Shown here: positions 1-13,015 of the stretch, piece after piece
Layout of the letters: each line of letters starts with the position of its first letter
Position numbering within the stretch: position 1 is the stretch's first letter
Assembly: GCF_902652985.1 (NCBI RefSeq)
Contig: NC_047032.1
Location: forward strand, 30,318,001-30,382,000
DNA from: Pecten maximus
Lineage: Eukaryota
Length of the DNA stretch: 64,000 bases
Direction: 5' to 3'
Program-made: the position numbers and the translations under genes
The notes under the pieces: model-generated
Told to the model about the DNA's origin: nothing
Databases searched by the model: none
What the model saw: the letters and a program-made list of their open reading frames with translations, nothing else

Positions 1-329
1 ATGTTACGGAAAAGTTTTGGAACAGTTTGAAACAGGAAACTGTTCCAATAGTGAATTGGATATCAGACCAAAGTGTTTTCTTGCGGTCTTCGTACATAAA
101 TATTCACGACTTTAAGAATGCGAAGGAATTAGGAAAGTATCTAAATATGCTGAGGACTAACAAAAAACTTTATAACCAGTATTTTTCTTGGAAGACTAAA
201 TTCAAGTTTAACACTAACAACATGCACGGCTTTAAATACTTATGTGACGCCCTTCACACCCCACGCGAAGCTCAGACAATCATAGATCCAAGGAAATGGC
301 TAAAAACGGACACCTGTCGTATGTGGTCG
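1..329 (+). CDS. Alpha-1,3-fucosyltransferase (GT10 family), penultimate coding exon, 5'-truncated by the window edge
   Basis: Frame from nt 3 reads VTEKFWNSLKQETVPIV...SSYINIHDFKNAKELGKYLNMLRTNKKLYNQYFSWK...LCDALH...WL..C, matching the end of the alpha-1,3-FucT motif (YVTEK) and the typical GT10 C-terminus. Donor GTAAGT at 330, phase 0. Confidence 0.9.
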
Positions 330-344
330 GTAAGTACAGATGTA

Positions 345-480
345 CATGTTGGGTAAGTTAAGATGTACAGGGTCGGTAAATGTTGGGTAAGTTAAGATGA
401 ACATGTTGGGTAAGTTAAGATGTACAGGGTCGGTAAATGTTGGGTAAGTTAAGATGAACATGTTGGGTAAGTTCAGATGT
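345..480 (+). repeat. Short tandem duplication of the splice-donor region at the start of the FucT intron
   Basis: Repeated tgttgggtaagttaagatg / ggtcggtaaa units resembling the true junction tggtcgGTAAGTacagatg. Confidence 0.75.
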
Positions 481-757
481 ACCTGGTCGGTCAGTTAATT
501 GGGAAAACAAATAACCGACAGACGGCCACCATGCATTTTTACAGTTGAAGTTTGTTATTGGAGAAGTACTGGAAGGATATTCCTCAAAATTCTTGTTTAA
601 TATAAAGGTTTCATTTCGTTCTTTGTTGTGCAATTTTTTTACATAACAGTTTGTGTCTGTTAAGAACAATTTTTCGAAAATCGACCATTTTGATTTTTGA
701 AATTTGTTATTGCCATTTCTCTTACTTCATATCTGCCTTAATGTTGTTTTTTTACAG

Positions 758-814
758 ATCAAAGAAGTTGTACGCAGACACTTGGATAGATTCTTGTTTA
801 ATTTGGGCTTGTAG
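758..814 (+). CDS. Fucosyltransferase terminal coding exon (IKEVVRRHLDRFLFNLGL*)
   Basis: Strong acceptor ttgtttttttttacAG ending at 757. Phase 0 matches the donor at 330. TAG at 812-814 and AATAAA near 1164. Confidence 0.7.
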   Translation: MKEVVRRHLDRFLFNLGL

Positions 815-2059
815 TATCCAGGTGCAAAGTGCGACCTTCAGACTTTCCCATATACCAACATGAACAGAATACAATGTACCTCTGCTGTGTTGTACTCCGT
901 AAGATCCTAAGAATACCTCAACTGTGTAACACTTCGGAACTCTTCAATATTCTTCGATTATGTTACTCTTCGGAACTTCTTAAGAATATCTCGGCGGTGT
1001 TACCCTTTTGAAAATATTCGCCCTGAAGAAAGGACTCATCTACAGTTAATAAGTGTAGAGTAAAAAATCTCACGTAGGTTTTTTTTTACGAAAGATTCAA
1101 ATGAATGTGTGAATGATGAATATATATATATATTTTTGCATTTTTTATGATATTTTTTTCTATAATAAAATATTTATATCGTAGTTAAGGATCATTTGAA
1201 AAGTCATAATTTTCTGATGACTAACTTTTTTACCTCATTGTAAAGGGGAGAATACATAGATATGAAAAATAGAAATAAAATCATATGTGGGCGTGCTTGT
1301 TTATGAGCTATTGTTGATCAAAGATAAGTATTTTCATAATTTGTAATTTTACGTTAATTCTATTGTTTTGAACATACTCACAACCAATCAAAACAATATC
1401 TTGAAAATGTATTATCAGATATGTATGAATATTCTTTGAATTGTCAATGGAGAAAGGTTATTCTTTCTTAAACTAATCCGAAAATTCTGGGTCATTGTGC
1501 TTACTTTCTTTGTCTTGCACCAATATTTATTTTTCAGCTTTTCGGGAAAATATTTGTAAGTGCTCCAGTTACACTTAAATGTGAGAATAAAATCCAAAAC
1601 CTGTGTAATTTCCCACTTTGTTGTTTATTATTTTCATTGTATTTAACATAACAAAGTTTTACAGCAAAAATGAAATTAGAAACTGCCAACACAATGGTGG
1701 TATGAGTAAAAACAAAAAAATTAAAATGTGAAATTTGAGTCATGCACAAAATGCAAAAAAAACATCCATTTTCAAAATGACAGCCAAATTGACCATCATT
1801 TTTTTTTTATATTTAGAAAAAAAATCTACGTACAAAGGAAGTCTGAAAAGTGTTTAGACACACTCTTGCTATAAAATTGCCTTTTTCTGTTATACATTAT
1901 CAACACTTTATAGGCAAGATCAAAACAAGACTTCAACGTGACTGAAACCTCAGAAAAGCAGATCCTTAAGATTACTAAAACACAAAGTTGATAGACAAGT
2001 CTCTTGACTATTTATACCTCATGTATAAGACCAGTTTTAGAATATAGGATGTAATCTGA

Positions 2060-2452
2060 GATATCTGTACAAACCAAAATAAAAATTGCCTATAATCAAT
2101 TGAATTGGAAGCCTTGAAAATAACAACAGGGTAAAGAAGGGGGACATCCTATGATATATTTACTGAAACTGGAATTTAAACTCTTGAATAAAGACGAAAG
2201 AACCATAAACTTGTATAAATGTACAAAATACTTAACACCGAAACACCAAAGTACCTGGCAGCTATTGCTGAATCACACATAAATGGTATCACACACATTA
2301 TATATCCATTCAGAAATAATCGACCTTTCAATCTCCCACTTTGTAGAACTGAAAATTACTTGATCAGTTTTTTCCATGCAACACTCAATGAATTCAACCT
2401 GTTTGACAGTAAACAAATAAACATTACCACTATAATATCAATACTCTTCTGA
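2060..2452 (+). mobile_element. Degraded non-LTR retrotransposon (CR1/L2-like) ORF2 C-terminal fragment
   Basis: Translation with stops: TETGI*TLE*RRKNHKLV*MYKILNTETPKYL...YPFRN...FNLPLCRTENY..SFF. This is the characteristic post-RT region of CR1-group LINEs. Confidence 0.75.
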
Positions 2453-4874
2453 TAGTTGTAATTTTTGTCAATTTAAATATACTAAAATACCTTACGTCCA
2501 TCAATTATACATTTTGTTTTACATCTATATACACCTACCCGATACAAGTCCATTAGTTATACATTCAAATAAAAAAACATAATCAATAGACTTGTAACAG
2601 GGACGTCTATATAGATGTACAATTAAAAACATAATTCATGGACGTGTATCGGAGAATTGTATAAAGATGTACAATCTAATGTACAATTAATTGACTTGTA
2701 TCAGTGACGTGTATATAGATGTACAATTAAATGCATAATTCATGAATTAGTAACAAGCAAGGGTAATGTCATACATGTACATTGTCTTCTGAACTGATTT
2801 TTCTTAATAAAAAAATAATACTCAAATAAACATTTTTTCCTTGATACACAATAGAATACAAGATTGTATAAAAGACACGTAAGATATTCAGGACATTAAA
2901 TACGTACAGAGAATTAGAGACAGCAGAACCAAACATGAATTCAACATCATCACAGCTATAAGTCATTCCAAAACTCGTCAGTGATGTTAGGGACATCATA
3001 CAGCTGTATCGTCTTTCTTGAACTCGTCAGTGATATTAAGGAAATCATACAGCTGTTTCTTACTTTAAAGTCTCGACAGTGATTTTAGTGGAAGAACGTC
3101 AAAGTTTATGTCGGTTGTATTTTTATCATGTTACTTCAGGCGTGGCGTGCGGTATGTTGTAACATGTAACTCAGGCGTGCTTTTCTGTTCCACACAGTCT
3201 TTCTCCACTTAATAAACCTAATAAACAACACGAACGCGAATACCCAGTTTGCTGTTAGTACGCCGAAGTTTGTTCCTCTGACTTACCGGAGATATCGAGC
3301 ACAGTATGTAGTACGTCAGTGGTCCAATCTGTCAGCCGGGAGAAATCGGGCTTGCTTGGGTCTAGATATTAGTCCTTGCCTTTGGACACAGGTTTTCGAG
3401 TCAAGGACCAGGTTTTCTCTGGGCGTGCAAGTTGATTTCGGTGATCGGCTACATTCTGTACAAAGTTTTTGTCAAGTATTGCAAAGTTTTGTCTTTAGTA
3501 CATACATGAACACCCCCACCCCCATTTGAAAATGTATTTTTGATAGCACCTATCTTATTTTACATTGACTTATAATTACTCATGGCCAAAATTAACAAAT
3601 TTCCTCACGTATTAAAAATGGAATGATAACTTTAAGACTACTTTTTATTGCTCCAGTTTTGTTTTTTTTTTATTTCAAATTGCACCGCTTATTCAAAAGA
3701 CAGATTCATTATCTATAATACCAACAAATGTAAAGTTGTTAATGGATTTTCATACATCTCCTTGGGGTCAATGGTCAATGTGTTTTACACGAGGACTTTA
3801 GAGCCTCTAACCAAAGGAAATAATTTTTGAAAAAGCATCACCAAATATGCATATACTGATCATGCCTTAATCAATTATAAGTTGTCACATTAACAGATTA
3901 TATAAGTCAATTAATTGATTACACTTGGTCTGTATGGAGCGATCTCACTACTTCCTTTATACTGTAATCTACTACTAAATTATGTATATTTTTCTATGTT
4001 TGTATATTATGTATATTATTTGATACGTACATGTACATGGATGCTTATCGTGGCAAATGTTATCTGGTTATAAGGAGAAGACTTAAATAGGTGTTGCCTG
4101 ATGTCTGATCCATTTGTCGCATTTGATGACAATAAGGTTTGTTGAAATTGAAAAAAAAACCTCATACTATGCTTAAAGCCAAAATAAAATTATCTGCATC
4201 AATCTTTGATTTGACCGTGAGAGTGAGGACTGAAGGTTACCGACGATGACGCTTTTTAGCCCCACCATCATATACGAATCTATATAGTCGTGTCTCTCAT
4301 TCGAAGGGGAGAACAGGTAGAACTCTGGCGCACGACTGATGTTACAGCTAGAATACATTACTGAATAGACGTGAAACATGTCGTGTCCCATTGTTATACA
4401 ACAGCTGCGGCAATTAATGTTTTATTGCGATAATTGAGAGCCATGACATTTGAAAAAAGGGTTTCTGGGGTATTTATGAGTGCGATGAAAATGCTAACAT
4501 TCAGCGACTGAAAGTTGGCAGCGAGACGTTAACACGTCTTCCTAAGCAACATAAGAGATAAAATCACAGACCGTACCCGATCAATATTCACAACATTTAT
4601 ACTGCAGGTAAATTATGCACACATGTACCGCCGAAGTGTGCACTTTTATTTGTTCGTTTGAAGGCAACGAACCGTGCAATCTGGAGATGTCGAAGATAAC
4701 GCAGTCTGTCCTAAGATGTGTGCAGCTAACCGTGACATAATGTACACCTGTCCTGTATTTGTGAATTATGTACAGCTAACCGACTCTACATGCCAACTAC
4801 TTACAATTCAACTTGGATATTGATTCTTGTAGCCATTCAGATATATCAGAGTTACGTCCCTTCGTTTAACTTGC

Positions 4875-5058
4875 GTGACAGCCGAATGGGACTGAGGATG
4901 GTGACAGCCGATTGGGACTGAGGATGGTGACAGCATATTGTGACTGGGGATGGTGACAGCCGATTGGGACCGAGGATGGTGACAGCCGATTGGGACCGAG
5001 GATGGTGACAGCCGATGGGGACCGAGGATGGTGACAGCCGATTGGGACTGAGGATGAT
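4875..5058. repeat. 26-bp minisatellite, about 7 copies
   Basis: Unit ggtgacagccgattgggactgaggat. Confidence 0.9.
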
Positions 5059-7550
5059 AACTTTTTACTAATGTCTGTGTTATTTCTGTGTGTAATTCTA
5101 GGTTGCGTGACATCAAATGTCTCCTTTATTTTCACATCTTTACAGTGAGATCGTTACACTCGGAATTAATTCAAAATACAAACATTTTACATAATACCTC
5201 AAATACTTAAGGGTCATCGCAATAGCAAATCCAAGGATATTTACACAAATCGTTAAATCACTACTCTGATGAAATTTAACAGAAGTAACCTGATCAATTG
5301 TTAGTACAGCTGTATGTATATTCATTTTAATCACATGTTTTGCCGAAAATAACAAACAGTTTAACAAATTACATGTCATAAGCAAAGCCCATATTTAATC
5401 ATGACACATACTAAAACTGATCAATTGCTTTCGTTTATTTCCCCAGATTATTGATTTATAATCTTGTGAAAATATAAGTTGATTTGCTATCAAAATGGCC
5501 GTTACTGATGTAATACATACAATCTGTTTTAATTGTCAGCCAGGATAAACGTGTGCATGTATACAGTTATTCGGTATTTTCTTTTTTTGACGACGGGTAA
5601 CAACATTTCTATCACAGGATGTGGTTGTTATTCAAATCACAAGTCAAGATCTAATCGTTACAACAATTGAATAACAAACGGTTTATACCGCACGTGAAAT
5701 AAACTCTTAACGCGATGTGATTGGTTAACACGGTGAATTTTGACCGGGAATACTTTTGTTGTCACATGCTTTAATCCCACGTGCAGATTGTTTACATCAT
5801 ATGCATAAACAAATGCAGATTTGAACAATTAAGCTTACCGACGGCAAAGGGGAACAATACGGACTGCCTCTAAAACAGGTGAACATTTTAGTTTTGATCG
5901 ATATCAAGTAGAATTAGCTTCCTGGCCAAATGTCTACAGAGCTATGGTACAGGTTTGACGTAATACGCCGTGTCCCGGGCGAGGTTTGACGTAATACCGC
6001 CATGTCCCAGGCCAGATGTTACCGTTACGTCAAGGTCGTCTGCTTTCTACCATTACTTTCATTATTGCGTATTATTGATATAAAATCTCATAACAATGAC
6101 CCAGTTCCTTTTGTAGCCAAACGTTGACGTCATTTGATGACGATGAACCTAACAAGTCCCTACTACTACTATATTGCAACGAACACAAATGCAAAAGACA
6201 CCAACAAATGGTACAAGTCAGCCAGCTGGCGTTAATAAACTGGGAAGGTTGACGCGAGCATCATGGCGGAAAATGCAGGTTAGTATAAATTTGAAACAGA
6301 TCAATAATCAGCGAATCACGTGATATAGTGTTTACAACAGGTTGATCACAACCTAGCATATGCAACTACTTTGAGTAATTAATGATTTACTCAAATGCAG
6401 GATAATTCGAAAAAGTAACACCTAACGTTCCTTTATAAAATCAAATGGCGTCATCTTTTGAACATGTCCATGGACACGCCCAGTATCATCCATACAATTG
6501 TACATGTATTTCATCATTCAACCTAAATCAGGTCATTTCCATTGTTTTACTTTCACAGTGTTTTGTTTTAATCTGGCCTGGATTAATAAGTGAAGAAAGC
6601 GAGTGAAAAAAAAGCGATTTGATTTAAACATATTATCAGTGCCATGAATCAAAGCAAATAGGATTTAGCAAAAGTTATAACAACATTATTAAAGCCCTTT
6701 CCCAAATAAGTACAAAAGTTCAACATTTAGCAAAAAAAGTGAAGGTCATCAAATGAGTATTTTTGTGATATTGTTCTCTCCGAAATTCAAAAGCAAAGGA
6801 AGTACAAACATAATTTTATATATTACAATGTATTGAATATATTGCTGGTTTTTAAAGACATGTGCACATTTCAGAAGAACTAAGTGATACAGGCCTGCCT
6901 CCAAAGCAAATCACATGAGTCAGTTTTCATACTTATCACCTTTATACCTTTATAGTTTTCACGCGTACATGAACCAAAAGATAAGTCACAGTGCTTTCAT
7001 TAATAAATGACGAGCTTAGAACGAGAATGTCCCCTTTATATGGAAAAATATAGGATCAAAGCACAAAATAAGATGACAGGATAAGAAACCGATGTCTCAC
7101 AATAAACCAAGTCGAAGTAGACACATATTCCCTTTTCTTGATGTAGATAAGTTTCCGTAAAAAATCTGTAGAGCGTTAATAGTTACTGGACCATTAACTG
7201 TTGTCGAAAGCGTACAATCTCATGGGTTGTCACCCGTGTAAACACACCATCTTCTTGTTCGTTGGGGTCGCTCACTCAGAAAGTTAGGTACGATAATGTT
7301 AAAATAGTAATCCGTTTCTTTGTTACTGTCAGCATTTTGATGATAAACCTTTTCCATACATAAGGTCTGTTAAAAAACATTTTAAATGAATGTGAGTTGA
7401 GCTACTTATGGTTTCAAGATTCAAGATTTTATTTGAACACTCAGACACATGTAAAAGTGTTTACAAGAGGAACACAACAATTTACATTATCGATTATGAT
7501 AGGATGGACAAAAAACAAAAAACAAAACATATTTAATATTCTACTTAATG

Positions 7551-7775
7551 GTTTGGTTTTGGTTTGTTTTTGTTTAACGTCCTATTAACAGCCAGGGTCA
7601 TTTAAGGACGTGCCAGGTTTTGGAGGTGGAGGAAAGCCAGAGTACCCGGAGAAAACCACCGGCCTACGGTCAGTACCTGGCAACTGCCCCACGTAGGTTT
7701 CGAACTCGCAACCCAGAGGTGGAGGGCTAGTGTTAAAATGTCGGGACACCTTAACCACTCGGCCACCGCGGCCCC
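7551..7775 (-). mobile_element. tRNA-derived SINE with V-type core, full length
   Basis: Minus strand has A box TGGCCGAGTGG, B box GAGTTCGAAACC, V-like core ggtggttttctccgggtactctggctttcctcc, tail cgtccttaaatgaccctggctgttaataggacgttaaac and (AAAC)n. 13-bp TSD attctact(t/g)aatg at 7538-7550 and 7776-7788. Confidence 0.9.
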
Positions 7776-7788
7776 ATTCTACTGAATG

Positions 7789-8250
7789 CAGCCCTGTATG
7801 ACTAAAACATGCTATTAAGATAAGACTGTATGACCAGTACTTACTAAACTGGGAGAGTGATGTACACAATTCATCAAAAGCTATATGTTATAGAATTGTT
7901 AATGTAATTTTCAAAATCATTTAGACACCTTAACTGCTTAGGATACATGAATTACTTTTTGTTATTTTCGTAAAACTTATCATAAATTTATTGTTGAAAC
8001 TGACAGATGGCAACAGACCGAATATAATGAAAGAAAATGTCAATATTGTAATAATAAAAAACTGATGATGAATTTCATTATTTATTTGTATGTACATTGT
8101 TCATATAATTTTATATACTAGCACACTGTATAGACAAAAAATATTGGTCAAGACCGAATATTATTAAGTTTAATAAACTGAACAAGACAACTTATATTAC
8201 AATTCTAATGAAAATGTCTACTTTTATAAATCAATCAATCAATGAAATAT
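7789..8250 (+). mobile_element. Degraded LINE ORF2 C-terminus with CCHC zinc knuckle
   Basis: Frameshifted translation IKIRLYDQYLLNWESDVHNSSKAICYRI ... HKFIVETDRWQQTEYNERKCQYC ... DEFHYLFVC ... RPNIIKF. Confidence 0.75.
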
Positions 8251-8552
8251 ATTCCAGTGTCACATATTTTTTACAAGTTATTACATTTAGTAGAAACATC
8301 AGAAAATGCGAAGCCATATCTGCTTATGAGACATTAAACCATATTTGATATAAAAATGTCTGCATTACATAATAATTAATGTCAACAGCTTTTGTCCTCC
8401 TTGATACAAATGTAAATGTTATATTTTGAAACAGTTCTGTGTATCGACTATGAACACTAAAGTAGATAATGTATCATGTTGTAGATATGTTTTCTAAATG
8501 TCAACATTATTTGTCCACCTTGATTCAAATGTAAATGTTATATTTTGAAACA

Positions 8553-8774
8553 TTTGTTTGTTTGTTTTTGTTTAACGTCCTATTAACAGCCAGGGTCATT
8601 TAAGGATGTACCAGGTTTTGGAGGTGGAGGAAAGCCGGAGTACCCGGAGAAAAACCACCGGTCTACGGTCAGTACCTGGCAACTGCCCCACGTAGGTTTC
8701 GAACTCGCAACCCAGAGGTGGAGGGCTAGTGTTAAAGTGTCGGGACACCTTAACCACTCGGCCACCGCGGCCCC
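8553..8774 (-). mobile_element. tRNA-derived V-type SINE, second full-length copy
   Basis: Near-identical to 7551-7775. 9-bp TSD tttgaaaca at 8544-8552 and 8775-8783. Confidence 0.92.
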
Positions 8775-9244
8775 TTTGAAACAGTTCTGTGCATCGACTA
8801 CTAACACTTCAATAATTGTATATATTATATTATAAATATGTTTTCTCAATGTATCATCTTGTTAAAAGAGAAATAAAACAAAGGCGAAACTATGGTGATA
8901 CCTTCAATGTGACTATATCAACAACCCTGCCCTCTCGTGTATTTACGGAAGTGTCTTTGAATGAACACAATTCGGCGGGAAATACGTGTATCAATCATAG
9001 GTGATTGTATAGATAACGACATGGGGTACCAGAGATAGACACCTTTATAAATAACATTAATATTAGCCATCATCCAGCTGAAGGGAATTGAACTAGTTTC
9101 AAATAAAAGTTTTGGAGGAAAGATGGATTCGATTGTTCATTCTAGGAATTATGTTTCAAGTACGGCAGGCTTATAAGTGTTCAGATAATAAGTTGATTTT
9201 GAACATACTATTGGAATATAATTCCATTAATGGTTATATACATG

Positions 9245-9455
9245 TTTATAATGAAATGTAACCCGTTAATGAGCCTAATAGATATGCGGTTAATCACTCT
9301 CGAGACCAGTACGTTTACATAAATGTTTATGATGAAATGTTAACCGTTAATGAAGCTACTAGATGTGAGGTTATCTACTCCCGAGACCAGTACGTTTATA
9401 TAAATGTTTATGATGAAATGTTAACCGTTAATGAGTCAACTAGATGTGATGTTAA
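9245..9455. repeat. About 81-bp tandem repeat, about 2.5 copies
   Basis: cgagaccagtacgttta.ataaatgtttatgatgaaatgttaaccgttaatga recurs at 9301 and 9382. Confidence 0.75.
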
Positions 9456-9659
9456 ATATAAAGTTTTTTATCATTGTCATTAAATCTCCCGAGGCTACAC
9501 ATGGTCATTCGGTCTTAGTGTTTAGCGTCCATTCAAACAATGCACGTTTGGGAGTAACATTGGTACGTACTGATATCTGCTTGACCTTCAGTTTTATATG
9601 ACCTAATAGGGTTACTTTCATTCGTTTCACTATATCGATATGCCTGACAGCTGATGCAG

Positions 9660-9985
9660 ACCAAAAATGGTAGGGCGTATTAAAGAATTAATTCGAAAGA
9701 GGCGACTAAATTTAGGATACTATATTTTTTTCTGCTTTCTAAATAACATTTCTTCCTAAGGTATCAATCGACACTGCTGCTCTTTTATTGTTTTACTTTG
9801 CGTTCGACCTTGTGAGAAAAGGTTATAGGTTCTGTAACATGAGAGACAAGGTCTATAATACTATACCTACTGCTCTCTGTCCGACGCTCAGATTTAAATC
9901 TGGTGAGCTAACCAGTCCTTGATGTGTCCTAGGTTCTGTGATAACCGGAATAACGGTGTTAAACCCCAACAATCGATCCATCCGT
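9660..9985 (+). mobile_element. Old degraded relative of the composite retroposon at 42982-43520
   Basis: Shares ggtagggcgta, aagaggcgactaaa, the pyrimidine tract ttcttcctaa, a decayed tRNA head (tgtgagaaaaggttataggttctgt), tactgctctctgtccgacgctcag and a gttaaac tail, in the same order. Confidence 0.6.
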
Positions 9986-10974
9986 CCTAGATATCAACTC
10001 ATATAAAGCGCTTAAAGCAAAGAAGTCATTTGATGACGCCACGGATTGACGCCAAAACAGCGGAAGGGGAATAACTCTTGTATGATTGTATGATTGAGAT
10101 AACTGAAGTTTGACATGGGTACTTGAGCTCAAATGCAGCCGATATCTGGCCTCAGACCACAGTTTTTTTCCCTCTTTATTCTACCAAAGAAAAATCAAAA
10201 TTAAAATATTTCAGAATTTTGCAAAAAATCTGGTTTTCACATCACGTTGTAGAACTATTTAAGTTAATCCTACAGTGAGTTGGAAAGTACCTCAAGAACA
10301 AGAATTTAAGAAAGATATTTAACCACCCCACTATATTGTGGGAAAATCCAAGAAATCACAAAATATTACCACTCAAGCCTTATAACTCCCTGTGTCCTGG
10401 CACACAAACAAACAAGGGAATATTGTCAAACCAAAATTCTCTTACTAGAATACATATTGCACTATAAATCTATGCTAAAATCATGCCCATGTTTGGGGAA
10501 TGTACATGTATATACTGTTTACTTGGTTGTTGATGGGGCCAGTAAAGAACGTTCCTATAGTGACAAGTTAACAAGGGTTTGGGGATAGAACCCGGAGAGG
10601 ACTTCAAGATGCTACATCGTCAACAAAGATCAATCCTGATCGACTGAAGTATAGATTGTTGTGTAGTTTTATACCAAAAATACGTTCTTCGTGCTATCAC
10701 TAGCTTCGAAAAGTTCGAGATTTTTTCTCTCTTTTTTAAAATGGATAGAGGATTAATTGTAACTAAAAAAGACCGTTCATTGTGTTCCGTCTCTTTATTA
10801 GGTACATAAATGCAGTGTTATACGCAAGCATGACTCTTTATTATCTTTTCGCATTAGTTGGTGTTCATCTCTTGTCCTATGTGTAATATCCTTCAGTGTC
10901 TTACACTCGGTAGAGCCTCAGGTTAGACAACAAAGAATATCGCCTCGGGATTTTGATTCCTCTTTTACACCTTC

Positions 10975-11130
10975 GAAGCAGGAGCGGAAACTACCATTAT
11001 ATGGAATCTTGACAGGGAATGCAACCCAAAGCCTTCCTCCCATGATCGAACACTCTACTAAAGGCCTGCTTTGAGGCTGTATCAAAGGACGAAGAATATT
11101 TTTTTAAATACGCCCTACCAATAGGGCAGT
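10975..11130 (-). mobile_element. Degraded, internally deleted copy of the same composite retroposon
   Basis: Minus strand reads tgccctattggtagggcgta ... gaggaaggctttgggttgcattccctg ... aatggtagtttccgctcctgctt. Confidence 0.55.
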
Positions 11131-11204
11131 CTTATGAAGGAAACGTGTCGCACAACTCAAACCCAGTTCTCACCACACTGATATGGTTATAGTTATTCTT
11201 AGTA

Positions 11205-11865
11205 GAAAACTCGCTCAAACACATCACACACAATTAAGAACTCACTCAAATACAACATACACAATTAAGAACTCGCTCAAATACAACATACACAATTAAG
11301 AACTCGCTCAAATACAACATACACAATTAAGAACTCGCTCAAATACAACATACACAATTAAGAACTCGCTCAAATACAACATACGCAATTACGAACTCGC
11401 TCAAATACAACATACACAATTAAGAACTCGCTCAAATACAACATACACAATTAAGAACTCGCTCAAATACAACATACACAATTAAGAACTCGCTCAAACA
11501 CATCACACACAATTAAGAACTCACTCAAATACAACATACACAATTAAGAACTCACTCAAATACAACATACACAATTAAGAACTCGCTCAAATACAACATA
11601 CACAATTAAAAACTCACTCAAATACAACATACACAATTAAGAACTCGCTCAAACACATCACACACAATTAAGAACTCACTCAAATACAACATACACAATT
11701 AAGAACTCGCTCAAACACATACTGTACACAATGAGGAACTCGCTCAAACACATCATACAAAAATTAGAACTTCCTCTAACACATCATACAAAATTTAGAA
11801 CTTGCTAAAACACATCATACACAATTTAGAACTTGCTAAAACACATCATACACAATTTAGAACAT
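11205..11865. repeat. 31-bp minisatellite, about 21 copies
   Basis: Unit aattaagaactcgctcaaatacaacatacac, degenerating at the 3' end. Confidence 0.95.
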
Positions 11866-12129
11866 TCAAAAACACAGAAAACCAATTAAGCATTACGAGT
11901 ACTGCACACGACCTGTTTCTTCTCGCCCCTTTTGATTTACACAAGGTTGAGTGATATTCATTAAATGCACGTATATACCATTATATACTCGACCCCCAGT
12001 TTACACTATCACACGGAAATATTCAGATATACTTATCGTGACAACTTCAGACGGACAAATGTCATACGACAACCATGTAAGTCCTTCTCAACAGATTGGA
12101 CGTTCGATTGTAAGGTTTTCCATACCTTG

Positions 12130-13015
12130 TGGTGTGATAGAGACATCTCCAACTCGAAGGGATATTCTATATTGTCTAACCTGGAGTTCTGAGGGTGTGA
12201 TAGAGAAATCCCCAACTCGAGGGGGGTATTCTATGTTGTCTAACCTCGGGTTCTGAGGGTATGATCGAGAAATCCCCAACTCGAGGGGGATATTCTATGT
12301 TGTCTAACCTCGGGTTCTGAGGGTATGATAGAGAAATCTCCAACCCGAGGGGTGATATTCTTTGTTGTCTAACCTCGGGTTCTGAGGGTATGATCGAGAA
12401 ATCTCTAACCCGAGGGGTGATATTCTTTGTTGTCTTACGTTTGGCTCTGTGGTGTGATAGAGAAATCACTAACCCGGGGGATGATATTCTTTGTTGTCTA
12501 ACCAGGGGTTCTGAGGGTGTGATAGAGAAAACTCCAACTCAGGGGGTGATATTCTTTGTTGTCTAACCCCGGGTTCTGAGGGTGTGATAGAGACATCTCT
12601 AACCCGGGGGTGATATTCTTTGTTGTCTAACCTCGGGTTCTGAGAGTGTGATAGAGAAATCTCTAACCCAGGGGTGATATTCTTTGTTGTCTAACCCCGG
12701 GTTCTGAGGGTGTGATAGAGAAATCTCTAACCCGGGGTGATATTCTTTGTTGTCTAACCCCGGGTTCTGAGGGTGTGATAGAGAAATCTCTAACCCTGGG
12801 GTGATATTCTTTGTTGTCTAACCTCGGGGTTCTGAGGGTGTGACAGAGACATCTCTAACCCAAGGGGTGATATTCTTTGTTGTCTAACTTCGGGGTTCTG
12901 AGGGTGTGCTAGAGACATCTCTAACCCGGGGGTGATATTCTTTGTTGTCTAACCTGATGATCTGCCGAATGTAAGAAAATTCAGAATATCACCCCGAGGG
13001 TAGGAGCTTTCTCTG
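12130..13015. repeat. About 64-bp tandem array (about 13 copies) ending in an inverted copy; likely an expanded arm of a palindromic MITE
   Basis: Unit gagggtgtgatagagaaatctctaacccgggggtgatattctttgttgtctaacctcgggttct. 12982-13013 (agaatatcaccccgagggtaggagctttctct) is the reverse complement of part of the unit. Confidence 0.85.

Noticed and set aside
6264-6285. Possible first coding exon ATGGCGGAAAATGCAG|gttagt after a CpG/TGACG-rich stretch
   Set aside because: Too short to support, and no in-phase downstream exon could be identified.
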